64,000 bases of DNA from Octopus sinensis (lineage: Eukaryota), in contig NW_021832224.1 of NCBI RefSeq assembly GCF_006345805.1, positions 420,970-484,969 on the forward strand. The letters are read 5' to 3'. The first letter of the stretch is position 1, and each line of letters starts with the position of its first letter. A model generated the notes under the pieces. That model worked only from the letters and a program-made list of their open reading frames with translations. It made no database searches and was not told the DNA's origin. Both the position numbers and the translations under genes were made by a program. Shown piece by piece: positions 25,480-37,939 of the stretch.

Positions 25480-26700
25480 TTATTAGACGAAAACAAGATA
25501 CTCATTAATGAAGAAATTTGGAAGAGGACTTAATTCAATTGTCCATAAAAGTGAATGCATGTTATACCAATTTTTGACTGATCTTGAAAGAAAGTCTACA
25601 ATGTGTCTCAGAAAGTCTGGAATCTTGCGGGTCTTGAAAATAAAGAAAACACATCTGGCCACTATCGCAAGATTTCTTACCTTCAAATACAATATTGAAG
25701 ATCCTTCAGAATTGAATATAAACATAATCAAGGAGAATCAACAAAAAAATCTAATGAAGATTATTAATCGAAGATGTTGCATTCCGTGCTTTTCAAATGT
25801 TGTGAGGATCAGAATGTCGACATCAATATGTCTACGGAATGGCTAGTGAATGGAAACAACAGTCCGATATCAGAAGCAATGTATTGTATTATTCAGGATC
25901 GAAATATATTTTTCAACGATAACGGAGGAATGTGCAATCATTGTAATCAAGCTAAAAAATCTGTTGATCACATGGCTACAAGATGTAGCAGAATGCTGAA
26001 CAGTGATTATACCAGAAGACATAACGAAGTTATAAGATGCATCCATTTGCATCTCTGCCGCCAATATGAAATCAGGAAAACCAAAAGGTTAAAGTCACAC
26101 ACAGTCCAGTCGGTTAGCTCAAATCATAAAGTGGAGATAAGAGTGGACACCACCTTGCAGACAGATGTTCATGTAAAAAACAATAGACCAGATATCTTTG
26201 TCTTTGATAAAACGAAAAACGAAATCACTCTAATTGAAGTCGGAATTACTTCCCACGCCATGTTAAAGCAAGTGGAAGTAGAAAAACTACATAAATATGA
26301 TCTTCTTGCTGGAGAATTATCTCAAATCCACGGTGCGAAGGTAACGATAATCCCCATTGTCCTCACATGGGACGGGATAGTTTCTAAATTCTATAAGTCT
26401 TATATGGAAAGACTGAAGTTGGATGCTTCCACTAGATCGTATATACAATCGCTGACGATTAAAAAGACATTGGAGACCATGCTTGTTGAACATAAACATG
26501 GAGTGGAAATTGAAAAACATGAGGAACAAGTTTCGAGGGCCACCAACTACCTCCTAAAATTGGCTAGAGAAACAACAGATCCACCAGATTTGCCGGAAGA
26601 TGTGTCTCATGTTTTATATGAAGTGTTAAAGGATGAGAATACGCGATCCAGTGCAACGGTTCAAAAAGGAGGAGAATTATACAGATTAGTTAGTTATTAG
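25480..26700 (+). mobile_element. R4/Dong-type RLE non-LTR retrotransposon, 3' part
   Basis: CCHC finger CNHC...VDHMATRC, RRHN, then PD-(D/E)xK nuclease RPDI...LIEV...EKLHKY. Confidence 0.85.
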
Positions 26701-26823
26701 TAACTAAAAACGTTAATTTATAATAAATTTATTATCACTAATTTTATGGAATTTCTATCCTAATTATTTATATCGCCCGAATCACACATATATATTTATT
26801 AAAAAATATATTGTCGTTGCAAA

Positions 26824-29330
26824 ATGAATCTACTGCTTAATTTATTTATTATTACTTCATGTTTAAGTGACTCAGGTTTAATGTACTATCAATAATTAGA
26901 CACTTTTCAACAAAAAACCGACCACCATAAACTTAAAATAAACAAAAAATGTAAATATTTATGACTTTAGTTCAAGTTGTGAATGATCTCTCAAAAACAT
27001 TCAGAAAAAGAATAAAAATAAACAGTTGTTTCTAAATTTGATTTTAAAGTGATTTCAGAAGACAGTTAAGAATTCTTATTGGCATCAACTGGCAAAGAAA
27101 TCAAGAACTCCACCCTATACAATATCTGCAACAGCAGACCCGTCAGTGTGGACATTACCGAAGCACGTTGGCGCTATTGGGCCACATTCTAAGACTCGAC
27201 CAGGATGTCTATGCTAACTGGGCAATGGAATCATATTACGCAAAGGACGAAAGATCTGCGTCCCGAGGACGCCACGAAATACATTACCTATTGTAATTCA
27301 AAAGAACTACAACGCGTTAAAAGACAACTGAAAAATGGAGACGACCTAGATACTCTCAGGAGTATAGCATACAACCGCACATCATGGAAATTATGACCGA
27401 AAAGATAGTCTCATATGGCACATGTGGGAACTTAATTAGTTTAAATTACATTATGTTCCTATGACAGTGCTAATAATAAGTGATTTCAGCTCAGTTAATA
27501 TATAAAAATGACAACCGAAATTAATAGCATTATAAATTATACTGGAAGTTCAAATTTATTAACAAGCAACAAATTAAAAAGTTAGTAGAATTATAAACCG
27601 TTTTCAATAGGAAGAAATAAATATTCAATTAAAAATTCAAGTTTCCCAATAAATATTCATAATTGTAAATTTCCCAATAAATTATTGACTAAAATTTAGC
27701 CAAGCGGCCTAAATCAGACGGTATAAACAAACTAAACAAAAGTATATTTTATATTAACACGCCAGGAAAAAAGGATAAAAAAGTTTTATAGAATTTTTTA
27801 TATAGGAAATTGTCAAGATTAATGAGCTTATTTCAGAAATTATGACGGTGTCAAGGAATAAATCAAAGTTGGATATTACAGCTTAAATCCGATTAGAATA
27901 AGATCCATTTTGGAAAAACCAACTGTTCAACCATTAAACCGAAGTTTGATTATCCAAGATGTAATAATTGTCGACAAAAATATCCATGCCGATAAATTCA
28001 CAGAAACAATATACGACAAAACCAATTCTTCAAATAATGTCAAAATATTTCTAAATTTTGATAAATCAAATTCTAAAAATAGTTTGCAATAAAAAACACA
28101 ATTTAGTTCGTATCATAAAATGGAAAAATGACGATATCTTCCCCATCAGAAAAAAACAAACTTTACACTCTGATATCATCTCCATTTCATCGACAATTTT
28201 TATCAAAAAATAAGTATAAGTTTCCCAATCGTCACAAATCATTCCAGTTATCACTTGAAAATATTTAGTTTTTCAAAATGAGTGTGCTTTTTACAACGCG
28301 AATGATACAAGTTGGGATACAATTGGCGGAAAGACGATTATTTTCGAAATGGAAAAAAAAATTTTGTGCAGTTTTAACCATCTGTCAAGTTTTGCAGTTA
28401 TATTTGTATTTGAAAATACCATTAATAATAATATACATAGAACCCGGAAAAGTATAAAATTGACGGAAGAAAATATCATTAATCTCACAAATTACATTAA
28501 TTGGACTGATATCCTCCATCATTTCAATTATTATCTCGATTATAATATTTTTTCTAGAATATCAGTAAAATATTCAATATATTTTTAGAATTCTTCTAAA
28601 ATCAAAATTTCAATTAATTTTATTAAACTTAGAAATTTCAATTTTAATCGTGGACCTTGATTTTATAGTAGGAATGTATTTTGTTCACACCAAAACCCAA
28701 AATCAATGTACAGTTTTGGTGCTGTATTACATTATGGATTGTTGTCACAGTTTATGTGGATGTTAACTGAAACTTATTTTCACTTTCTTAAATTTGTTAA
28801 AATTGTGAAACGCGAAACTTCTAATTTGATTCTCAAATCTTTTATCTGCAATTGGGGTTTTATTTAATTTTTATTTCAGGAGTACCTTTATTTATTGTCT
28901 TGACGGTTTTTCTAGCAAATCGAAACTCATATAACCCAAATGAGAGGTATTTTTAGCAAAAAGTTTATTTTAAGTTGTTTTTTGACTGGGTTGGCATTTT
29001 ACTTGAGTCTTTTTATTCCTTCAGCAGCAATTTTGCTGATAAACATGGTTCTGTTTATTATTTTGTTCTACAAACTTAAAATTGAAAAAAATGCAAGTTC
29101 TAAAATGAATTGTTTAAAGAATATTGTTTTGTTTTCTGCATTTTTCTTATCAGGTAGTAAAGATGAAATTCATTATTGACAGGATTGTGTTGGATTTTGT
29201 ATTTTTTGTTCGGTTCGATTCTTCTCAAACTCTGGAATACATATTTTGCATTACTGTCTGCCCGCAAGGATTACTTATCTTGTTTTTAAATTTGATTAGT
29301 CGACAACTGAAATATCAAAAGCTAGGATGA
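26824..29330 (+). CDS. Adhesion GPCR (signal peptide, GAIN/GPS, secretin-type 7TM), about 15 tiny introns, RTE insert at intron 3
   Basis: Signal MNLLLNLFIITSCLS; GAIN LHSDIISIS; GPS CAFY...W...CSFNHLSSFAVI; TM1 ITLIGLISSIISIII; TM3 GAVLHYGLLSQFMWMLTE; TM4 NWGVPLFIV; TM5 FIPSAAILLINMVLF; TM6 SGLCWI; TM7 EYIFCITVCPQGLLI. About 5 single-base homopolymer shifts are needed; the exon structure at 28040-28110 is unresolved. Confidence 0.88.
27059..27477 (+). mobile_element. 5'-truncated copy of the 3803-6820 RTE element
   Basis: Near-identical to 6392-6820 apart from scattered small deletions. TAA tail; 12-bp TSD aagtgatttcag (27047-27058, 27478-27489). Confidence 0.95.
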
Positions 29331-29684
29331 ATTAACAACTAAACTGATTGTTACTAATAAAATATTTTTTGGTATATAGTAAACACGTAAAAATAAAAAT
29401 AGACACTCTATAATAGAAATAACCCAAACTAAATAAATATTTTCTCTTGGTGGCAGGAAAAGTTTTTTGCTTGAAATTAAAACTTTTTCTATAAAACATT
29501 CGGACATTTCCAGAGTTTATCAATAATTTTGCGTTTTCGTCTCTTAGGAGAACTTACTAGTGTAATTTAACCCTGCTGGTGTGATTACATCTACTATCTG
29601 TAAAGAAAATAACCTAAATGGAATAAAATAATTAATTGTGAATTAAAACCAAAATAATTAAGACCAGAATTAGAAGATTTTAAA

Positions 29685-31002
29685 TTAATGACTCTCAGGT
29701 ATGCCTAAATGATCAGTAGACTCACGAGGACCATCTCCAGGCTAAAATAGAGAATGGTATTTTCACCCTCGTGCTGATTACATATTTAATATGTACATCA
29801 CTCGAGACTACATCCACAAAGCCATTGATTGAATTTGAAACTTGCAATGGTAGTCCAACAACCGGCAATCCACCAGGAACTCCGGCCACTTTTGAAAGAT
29901 ATCCATAAACCGAATCGACATCCTCTTCCATTGTAAAAACAAATGCATTTGATCCTGCATCGAATGTATATGCAGCCACCGTCCGGCCCATCAAATCATT
30001 CATTCGATGTATATATGACAATAAAGAAAAAGCAGAGTCAGATATATACCGAATTGGGGGATAAGAGTCCATCATTGTTGCATGCATTTCGTTACTATCC
30101 TGAAATATCACTTTATGTCAACAACTTTCATCATTAGATACCCAAAACTGGAAAAGTCCCTCAGTTTTATGGCTTCTTTGATTTCTTCCAAACGTTCAAA
30201 AGCAGTGCTGGTGACTCGGTAAGACAAGAGACGACTCGTTTTTACTGTCGTTTGCATACCTCCAGTTGAACTCACAGACTTTTGAGAATCACTGGCCACG
30301 AAAACAAGAACACGAAGTCCTGGCCAGTTGTAAGGAAAGGGGACCGCCGTAGAGTCCTCCCCATCGTCTCGAACACCCATTTCCCACTCGACAAATCCTC
30401 CGTACATACTTCGACATGCACTTCCAGACCCAATACTTAAAATTCATCATTTATTAAATAACCGAGCAAAAATTGGCGATATTTCTATTTGGTAGAGTTT
30501 TGCAACTGCACATGCTAGTAGTTGAGATTTGGGGTACTAACCAAGACATGCGTACCCCGAGGCGGAGGAGGCAAGTCCAGCAGCAGTGGGAAAATTGTTT
30601 TCTGAAACAATGCAGAGTTTGGCATTATTTGACTGATCTTTTCTCGCTCGCTGAACTTAAAGAAATTTCTACTGACAAGTCTGACTAGTTTCTATGACTC
30701 TTCTGGCCCGTTCTGGTAGTTCTGTTTGTCTATTTATATTAAAAATTGAATTAAACCTTCCATTCAGAAACAAGATGTTGTCGGGTAATTCTGGCTTCAT
30801 GTAAACCGTAGTTTTCGTGCATAACTAGTGTCGCTAAAATAGACTGTGAACCTGATCCACGTCGAGGGTGACGCTTAGAGAAGAATTTATTGGCAAAATT
30901 AGTTCGCTGTCTCGTTTCCCCCCTGAATTTAAATTTGTATCAGTTTTTACAGTATTTTATTACAGCAATATTAATAGGCGCTACACACGTTATAGGACAC
31001 AT
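29685..31002 (-). CDS. MVD: Diphosphomevalonate decarboxylase, tiny introns
   Basis: [74 protein letters not shown], C-terminal PGDGP. Confidence 0.97.
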
Positions 31003-31262
31003 TAAATTTGATTTTTAATTATTTCAAAAATTTGAAATATACTAAAAACATATAAAAATATTAATTATAATGAAACAATTAATATGATCAAAATAAAAAA
31101 TATTAATGTTTTTGGAGAAAAAATAACAATTGTTTATCAAAACCACAAAATGTGAAAATTAGAATATTTTTTATCAATAAAATACAATTTAAATTAAATC
31201 AAAAAAATTAGATCATTGTGGTGCCAACTCATCCCCTTTACTAACAAAAAATAAAATAACAA

Positions 31263-31712
31263 TTACTCTAAGAATGAAGGATCAACTCCCTGAGTAACCA
31301 TCATATGTTTCACTGCGGCAAATGGAATTCCCTACGACATTATCATAGTCACTAACCAATCGTAAACGCTTAAAAAATGGGGAAAATCTTGGATCGTCTT
31401 TAACTAAAATTCCTTCAACAATTGGGGTCTCTTCCTCTGTTACCTTTAAGATATTTCAATTCTCAACTTTACCTTTTCGGTATCCGCTGGCTGTGAATCT
31501 TGGGTGACCGTTATTTTGGGTTCTTCCGGGCAGGGAATAGATTGAATCCTGGATTCCAGAATAGAAAGGGATCTATCTATCTTTCCAAGGCGGGAATCAA
31601 ATTTTAGTAAGTCATTAGAGATCTTTTTCATTAGATTGTTGCAATAAGACGTGCTAGATATTAAAAAATTGTTAATTTGGATTGATATTTTGTCGATTTC
31701 ATTAAAGCACAT
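31263..31712 (-). CDS. WASHC3: WASH complex subunit 3 (CCDC53), 2 tiny introns
   Basis: Coiled coil INNFLISSTSYCNN...IDRSLSILESRIQSIP. C-terminal KDDPRFSPFFKRLRL|GIPFAAVKHMMVTQGVDPSFL matches the KDPRY..Y.KM..VG.P..A...KM..EG.DP pattern. Confidence 0.85.
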
Positions 31713-32557
31713 AGATTGTCTTAATTTGAAATATTCTATTATTTTGGAATTAATTAACTAGGGAATTTAATAAAAAAACAAAATAATTAATTATAAAATT
31801 AAATTTGCATCATGTAAAATCTTTAGTTTGAGACATGCTTTTTTGAGTTGATACCTTTCCCACATTTTATAAACAAATATACTTGTTATCAAGAACTTAA
31901 AGAATAAAAAGAATTCTTCATTAAAATAAAAGAGTAAATCGGGTTTCTGAAAGGACACTTGAGTAGTACGATAATGAGGTCGAAAGGATTAAATTAGAAT
32001 GGAATACACGTTTTTCGCATGAATTCAGATACCTATACAGAAACTTGGGAAGCTGATTGGAACTTTCTAACAACAAAGACCACTGTTCCTGATTGTCTTG
32101 CTGGATTTTTCTTCTTACCGTTCAAGTTTGGCAAATGACACATTCTACAACTAAGCGTTGGAAAACAATTTGGTGGGCCTTTGGTTTGTTTTTTCCCATA
32201 TTTGGTAAAATTAAAAATTCTTTACTTGTGTAGTCACAAACAGTATTGCGGAATTACTTAATATTATTAATAAAATTTTTTTAAATCATATCAATGAGAA
32301 ACCAGAGCGAATAACGGGAAGGCCGTGAAAGCGCTTGTGTGAAAAATACTGACCGTGACACAATAAAAAAATAATTGGCTTATGATTTTTAGTTAGTGCA
32401 AAAAAATAATATCAAATACTGGGGTCATTGGAGATTCACATAGAGAGAGTCCTAACATTAATAATTACTAAAAGCAAAAGAATAAGTCCTTTCCTGGTAA
32501 ATGCCAGGCATTTTATGTCATATAAACAACTCTATTATTTGAGGTCATTATGTATAA

Positions 32558-33500
32558 GTAGGCTTACCATCCGTCCCGGATAATAGAGCCTTGTCCCGGA
32601 TTTATGCGCTTCATAAAATTATTTTTGATGTTTCCGACTGTACTTCAAAATTAATATCTATTTTATTAGAGCCAATGTTCACTTCAGCTAGAACGAAAAC
32701 TGAAGCTTTAATATGTAATGCAATTTTTCTATTGGCCCAAGAAGAATTGGAAACTGAATTAATGACGGTCCGTTTTGTATCTATTACGATTGACACGTCA
32801 AATAGAAAAGAATTGTTGTCAGATATTTTTTACCAGAGGTATGAATGAAGGTTAAACTTCTTTATTTTTGTTCATTTACCTGTGAAACCTCAGAAGTTAT
32901 AGTTGACTGCATACATTCTAAATTGGAAAAACATAATCTATCCAATAAAGTTGTAGGTTTTTGTAGTGACAAATTTTGACGTTTTAACAGAAAAAAACCA
33001 ACAAATGTTTATTATCGATTGAAAAAAACTTGAGAGAGATATTATTGGTATTTGATGTGGTGCTCATGTAGCACACAACTGCATTCAACATGCACCTGAT
33101 TTACTTCCAATTTATTTAGAATGTCTTGTCGTTAGAATTTACAAATGTTTTTATATTTACATGGTGCGTGTAACAGAACTAAAGGAATGTTGTAGCTCTG
33201 TAGAAATAGAATACAAGAAAATTCTTCACAACGGAAATACAAGATTTTTGTCTTTGTTAATAGCAGGTGAAAGAATTCTCCAGTTATATGAAGGCCTACA
33301 ATCATATTTTTTATTTCATAATTTTTTGAAAAAATCAAAAATAATTAAAAATTTCTAGATAAAGTTTATTCAGTTCAAAAACATAATCGAATTTCTTAGT
33401 TAATTTCAGCTAAAAATATTTTCTTGTTTTTCTGTGAAAATTTTTTTGTCCCGGAAAGTCCCGAATTTTGATTATTGAAATCAATAAATTTCCCGGATTC
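32558..33500 (+). mobile_element. Blackjack-type hAT remnant
   Basis: End motif ag(g)cttaccat-ccgtcccgga with gtcccgga subterminal repeats. RTKTEALI, VSITIDTSN, GAHVAHNC, TRFLSL. Confidence 0.6.
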
Positions 33501-34058
33501 TTGTGGATTTGTTAAAATTTTTGAATACGATTATTTTTTCAATGTTTTGGATAGTTTTTGTAGCTATCATCTGATTTAACATTCCCGGGGATTTCATTGA
33601 AAGGTGTTGATATTATTTTTTTCTGTTATTTTAACGGATTCGCATTAACAGTTTAGATTTTCTAATGTATTTATCCGCCACGGATATAACTTTTTAACAG
33701 TTTAAAACCACGTTGAAGAGACACTTCTATAAGATCTTCTGAATGTTCATGTGTAATCGAGTGATGATTTAATCATTCAATTGTCGATTTTTGTTAAGTC
33801 TCTTGGCAGAAACTTTAGTGTTCCTGGTTGTTTAACGTGAAGGTATTAGAATCGACTATTGCAGAAAACAAATCAAACTTCATTGGACCATGCCAGAATA
33901 ATTCCTGATACCTTTTTAATGTGATCTAACAAACCTCTTTCGTAATCCGAACTTTAAATTCCAGTCATTAACGATGAGAAATTAATTTTTTGGGAGGTTA
34001 TAATCTTGAAAGTTTTTAGAATAATTTAATCTTCCAAAATACAGCCACTATTGGGATC

Positions 34059-34237
34059 TTAAGGACCTCATCATGTTAAAAAAAAAATTTTCTGCATTTT
34101 GGTTAAAATGAACAACTACGATGTCCTCGACTTACATGATGAGGTCCTTAAAACCTTCCCCCCAAAAAAAAATTAAAAAAAAAATTTTCTGCATTTTGGT
34201 TAAAATGAACAACTACGATGTCCTCGACTTACATGAG
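34059..34237. repeat. Perfect 18-bp inverted repeat with TTAA ends plus a ~60-bp direct duplication
   Basis: ttaaggacctcatcatgt (34059-34076) / acatgatgaggtccttaa (34134-34151). The enclosed ~60 bp is repeated at ~34175-34236. Confidence 0.85.
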
Positions 34238-34565
34238 TATACAAAAGAAGTATTTTTTGTATCCACCGAATAACGTTAAATTTTCAAAAAAGCGATTTCC
34301 AAATGTAAAATCTAGCGAACAGTAAACTCTGTCTGTAGTGTCTGAATTCAAAAAGAAAGAAATCAATTTTTGATTATTCAAGTCCTTTACTGACATTAGT
34401 CTTTCAAAAACAGCGAACCGAATATATTCCTAAAAGCACAGACATATTGATGCCGAATTAATGGCTTTGGGGATAAATAAAAATTTTTTGAAATTATCTA
34501 AATGTGTATTAGACATATGTGAGAAAATTTTGATCTTAAAAAATGTTTAAGAAATAAAAATGATA

Positions 34566-35950
34566 TACACATAAACCCCTCTATAATGCAATTCCTTATA
34601 ATGCCACCCCGCTTATTTTCACGTCATTTTTTGGTTATTCTTTGAATTTCTCTTTATAATACCAAACCCCGCCACTCAGATATTCCCACGCCGAATTATA
34701 TGCCTTATTCGATACAACGCCATTAAAATTTTTTAATTATTATTTTCAAGTCATATGAATTACACTAATTTATTGTCACAGTCCAGACGTGAGCCACGCC
34801 GGACATAAAATACAATAATAAATAATATTAACTAAAAAATTGTGATTTTTTAATGATTTTATTATATAGAAAATATTAATATATCCAAAATGTTATAAAT
34901 TTTTGAAAAGTGACTCACGTCCGGCGTGGCTCACGTCTTGACTGTGACATTTATTAATTTTTTTAACCGGTTATAGGTTAAGTGATATTAGCACTTAAAT
35001 TGCAGAATGGTAAATAGTGAAAGCTGTAAAAGACTATCTTTACTATAAAATAATTCCGTCGAAATCATTAACAACTCCTGATAAAACTAAAGGTAATTTT
35101 AATAAACCAACTATATTTTGAAAGTGTTAAAAATATAAAGAAAGAATTACAATTGTTTTATGTTGTAATTCAGATTGGAGCAAAAACTCCGTCCACTTGT
35201 GAATGGAAAGTCTAATAATCCGCGTTGTTTCAAAGGCTTCAATTATCATTTATATTCGGATTACAGATTCAATACTAAATCATGTATGACATCAATGATA
35301 TTTCAAGATTGGATAAAGGGGTTGGATAATCAAATGAAATTCTGTGTGAGAAAATACTTCTAATTATGGACAACTGTCCATGCCACATTATTCCGACGTT
35401 ATCGAATATTGAAGTGCACTTTTTGCTTCCAACAACAAGTCACTTACAATGATTGGATTCCGGAATAATACATAGTTTTAAGGCACATTACCGAAAACTA
35501 CAGCTAAAACATATTATTAACCAACTTAAAACAAGTAACAGTTGGCATATTGGGTTGGATGATACAATACGTTTTGTTGGAAAATTATGAGACAGCGTAA
35601 AACAAGAAACAATTAAAAACTGCTGGAGGCAAACTAAGATTTGTCATGTCAAAACTTATAACACTGAAAATTTGAGAAAAGAAATTTTTGATCAAAATCT
35701 ATTGAATCAATTGATTTCAGCATTGAATATTAATAATGAGATGGATGTCAACGAATATGTTTCGACGGACAGTAATGCTAAAACATACTGTCATATTGAA
35801 GAAGACCAAATATTGTCTCCACTTCGAAGAATCAATGACAGTGATGAAGAAGACATACAAGAAGACTTTACTAAAAAAAGACCTTCTAAAAATGAAATGG
35901 CTAATGCTTTCCAAAAAATCAAAAATTTCTAGATAAAGTTTATTCAATTC
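34566..35950 (+). mobile_element. Tigger/pogo element remnant with a nested MITE
   Basis: Tigger-like left end (ataaaccctctataatgc). GKSNNPRCFK, SCMTSMIFQDW, MDNCPCH, DSGIIHSFKAHYRK. Confidence 0.72.
34775..34948. mobile_element. MITE, 30-bp TIRs, 7-bp TSD
   Basis: gtcacagtccagacgtgagccacgccggac with an inverted copy (1 mismatch). Flanks atttatt at 34768-34774 and 34949-34955. Confidence 0.85.
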
Positions 35951-36177
35951 AAAAACATATCTTAAAAAATGTTATGAAATATAAAAAAATGATATATCAT
36001 TTAAATTAAGTAAACGCGGCTAAAATATAGTTGGCGCGAATCGTGATGAATAAAGTATCTCCAACTATTTACCCCATATTATTGATAATCTTACAACCAC
36101 CATAACCTTTATTAAAATTCAAAAACTGCATCGAAGTCTCCATCTTCTTCCAGACCAAACACAACTACGGTCTAAAT

Positions 36178-36420
36178 TAGTGGTTCTCAACCTTTTTTGG
36201 TCGCGGGCCCCTTGTGAGTGAATTAAAAAATTCGCGGACCCCCAAGATATTTTTACAAGTTTCTGTTAAAAAATACTTTTTAAAATCCTCAATATTCAGT
36301 TTTGCACAATAAGTATTTTTTATATTGAAAAGTGCAGAAAAACTATGTTTGCATAAATCGGTTGTCGGAAAAATAAGCAACAAATTTAGTGCATTTACGC
36401 ATTTCCCACCAAAATCCTGA
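36178..36420 (-). mobile_element. Buster-type hAT 3' end remnant
   Basis: TIR-like agtggttctcaacc; LLIFPTTDLCKHSFS dimerisation-domain motif. Confidence 0.65.
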
Positions 36421-36439
36421 CAAAGGAAATTTATCATAC

Positions 36440-36830
36440 AATTCTTTAGTTATCGAATGATTGATCATATCAAAAGCCTTTTTAATATTTTCATCGGTTA
36501 GATGTGGATCAACATAAAACGGTGTACGAATTAATTTCTAACTTAATTTGTCGACTTTTCACTTGATTCGATTTAATACAATAATAGAGAGGGTTTTCCG
36601 TAATACCGATAATAGAATTATTGGTCTTGGACTTTTTGCGACACCTCTAAGTTTCCCAGGTTTTGGTATTGGAATTAGCCATCTTCACCTAATTCCAAGA
36701 TTTTTTTGTCTTCAAATGCTTTATTGAGTATGATGGTGATTATTTCACCCAATTCAATGGATCCACATTTTATTAAATTTGCATGTATATTATCAGGACC
36801 AGCCGCTTTCCAAAATTTTTATGTAACAAG
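36440..36830 (-). mobile_element. Degraded RTE RT fragment
   Basis: KAAGPDNIHANLIK...IKKAFDMIN. Confidence 0.55.
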
Positions 36831-37939
36831 TCAATACTTGATTCTTCATTTTTTGACGCAAAGAAATTAAAAAATCCTTATTTTTATGCATCAGATAGGG
36901 ATGACATGTGTGCAATTGTCTTGAAAAAGTTTTCGGTTTCATATTGTGTGGCAAAATTTTTATACAAACAACACATATAGAATTTCAACTCCATCTTTAT
37001 CTATACAAGTAAACCCATTTGGGACAACGACAATTTCCTAAATGGAAGGGGAATATTCGCGTCTTCACTGCTGAAATAATATCACAATTGGAGTAATATT
37101 TTACACGATTCCACGTGTCACCGTCCATTTAATGGACCACGCCGTTAAATGAATCGACTACTTTTTATAAATTAAAGATCGTAATCGTAATTAGCCCTCC
37201 CGTAAGATGAGAATGACATGCTGACATCTTGCTCAGGCCGGCCACACTTTTTATTTTTTTGTAAAGATCAAGACAAAAGATAGCATTTTACCAAGAAACT
37301 AATTAATCCAAACCAAGTCATATGTCTCTGCGCTTTGTAGTGTGGCCGAGTAAGAAATCCGGTTCCGCAGTGAGATCACTGATGACGGCGTCACTTAATT
37401 TCTCCAAGGATATCTAAATCATCTCCCATTTTCAGCTTTCGTCCTACATTGTTGTAAGACCTCTGGCAAAGTTAAGCTAGGTTGATAGTCACTTGCATCT
37501 TCCAACGAACGAGTTTTTTATCCTGAACAGAAATAGTTCTCCATTGGCTTCTTAGAAAAATATAAGATCGTGATCATAATCAAGATAATTCTTAATTTAT
37601 TGTATTACATGCAGGAAAAACTTCACAAAAACGATGTCACAATGCTTAATAATAATTATATTTAATGGTTGTTCCAAAGAATATCCATTGCGATCCTGAG
37701 GGGCAACGTCTTCTCGATCATCAGCAGCTTAAGATTATGATAATCATTTTCAGTCAATTTAAAATAATTATATTATCTTAAAATGATATGATCGTCATCT
37801 GTTTCAGAAAAATTAGATTTTTATTTAAATAAAAAGTATATTTGGCGTGCATTTCATTCGGACTGTAAAGGATTTCAATTTATTCATTCAAAATGCAAAA
37901 TCCATCGCTAATTTTAATAAGCTATAACTAGAGAATTCT

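Noticed and set aside
27508-28092. Separate small orphan gene starting at ATG 27508
   Set aside because: Upstream signal-peptide exons and downstream GAIN/GPS/7TM exons show it is the middle of the adhesion GPCR.
37000-37140. PIF1/Helitron helicase remnants here and at ~48600-49000
   Set aside because: Only 4-6 residue resemblances (TRGIV; VPLI), too weak to call.
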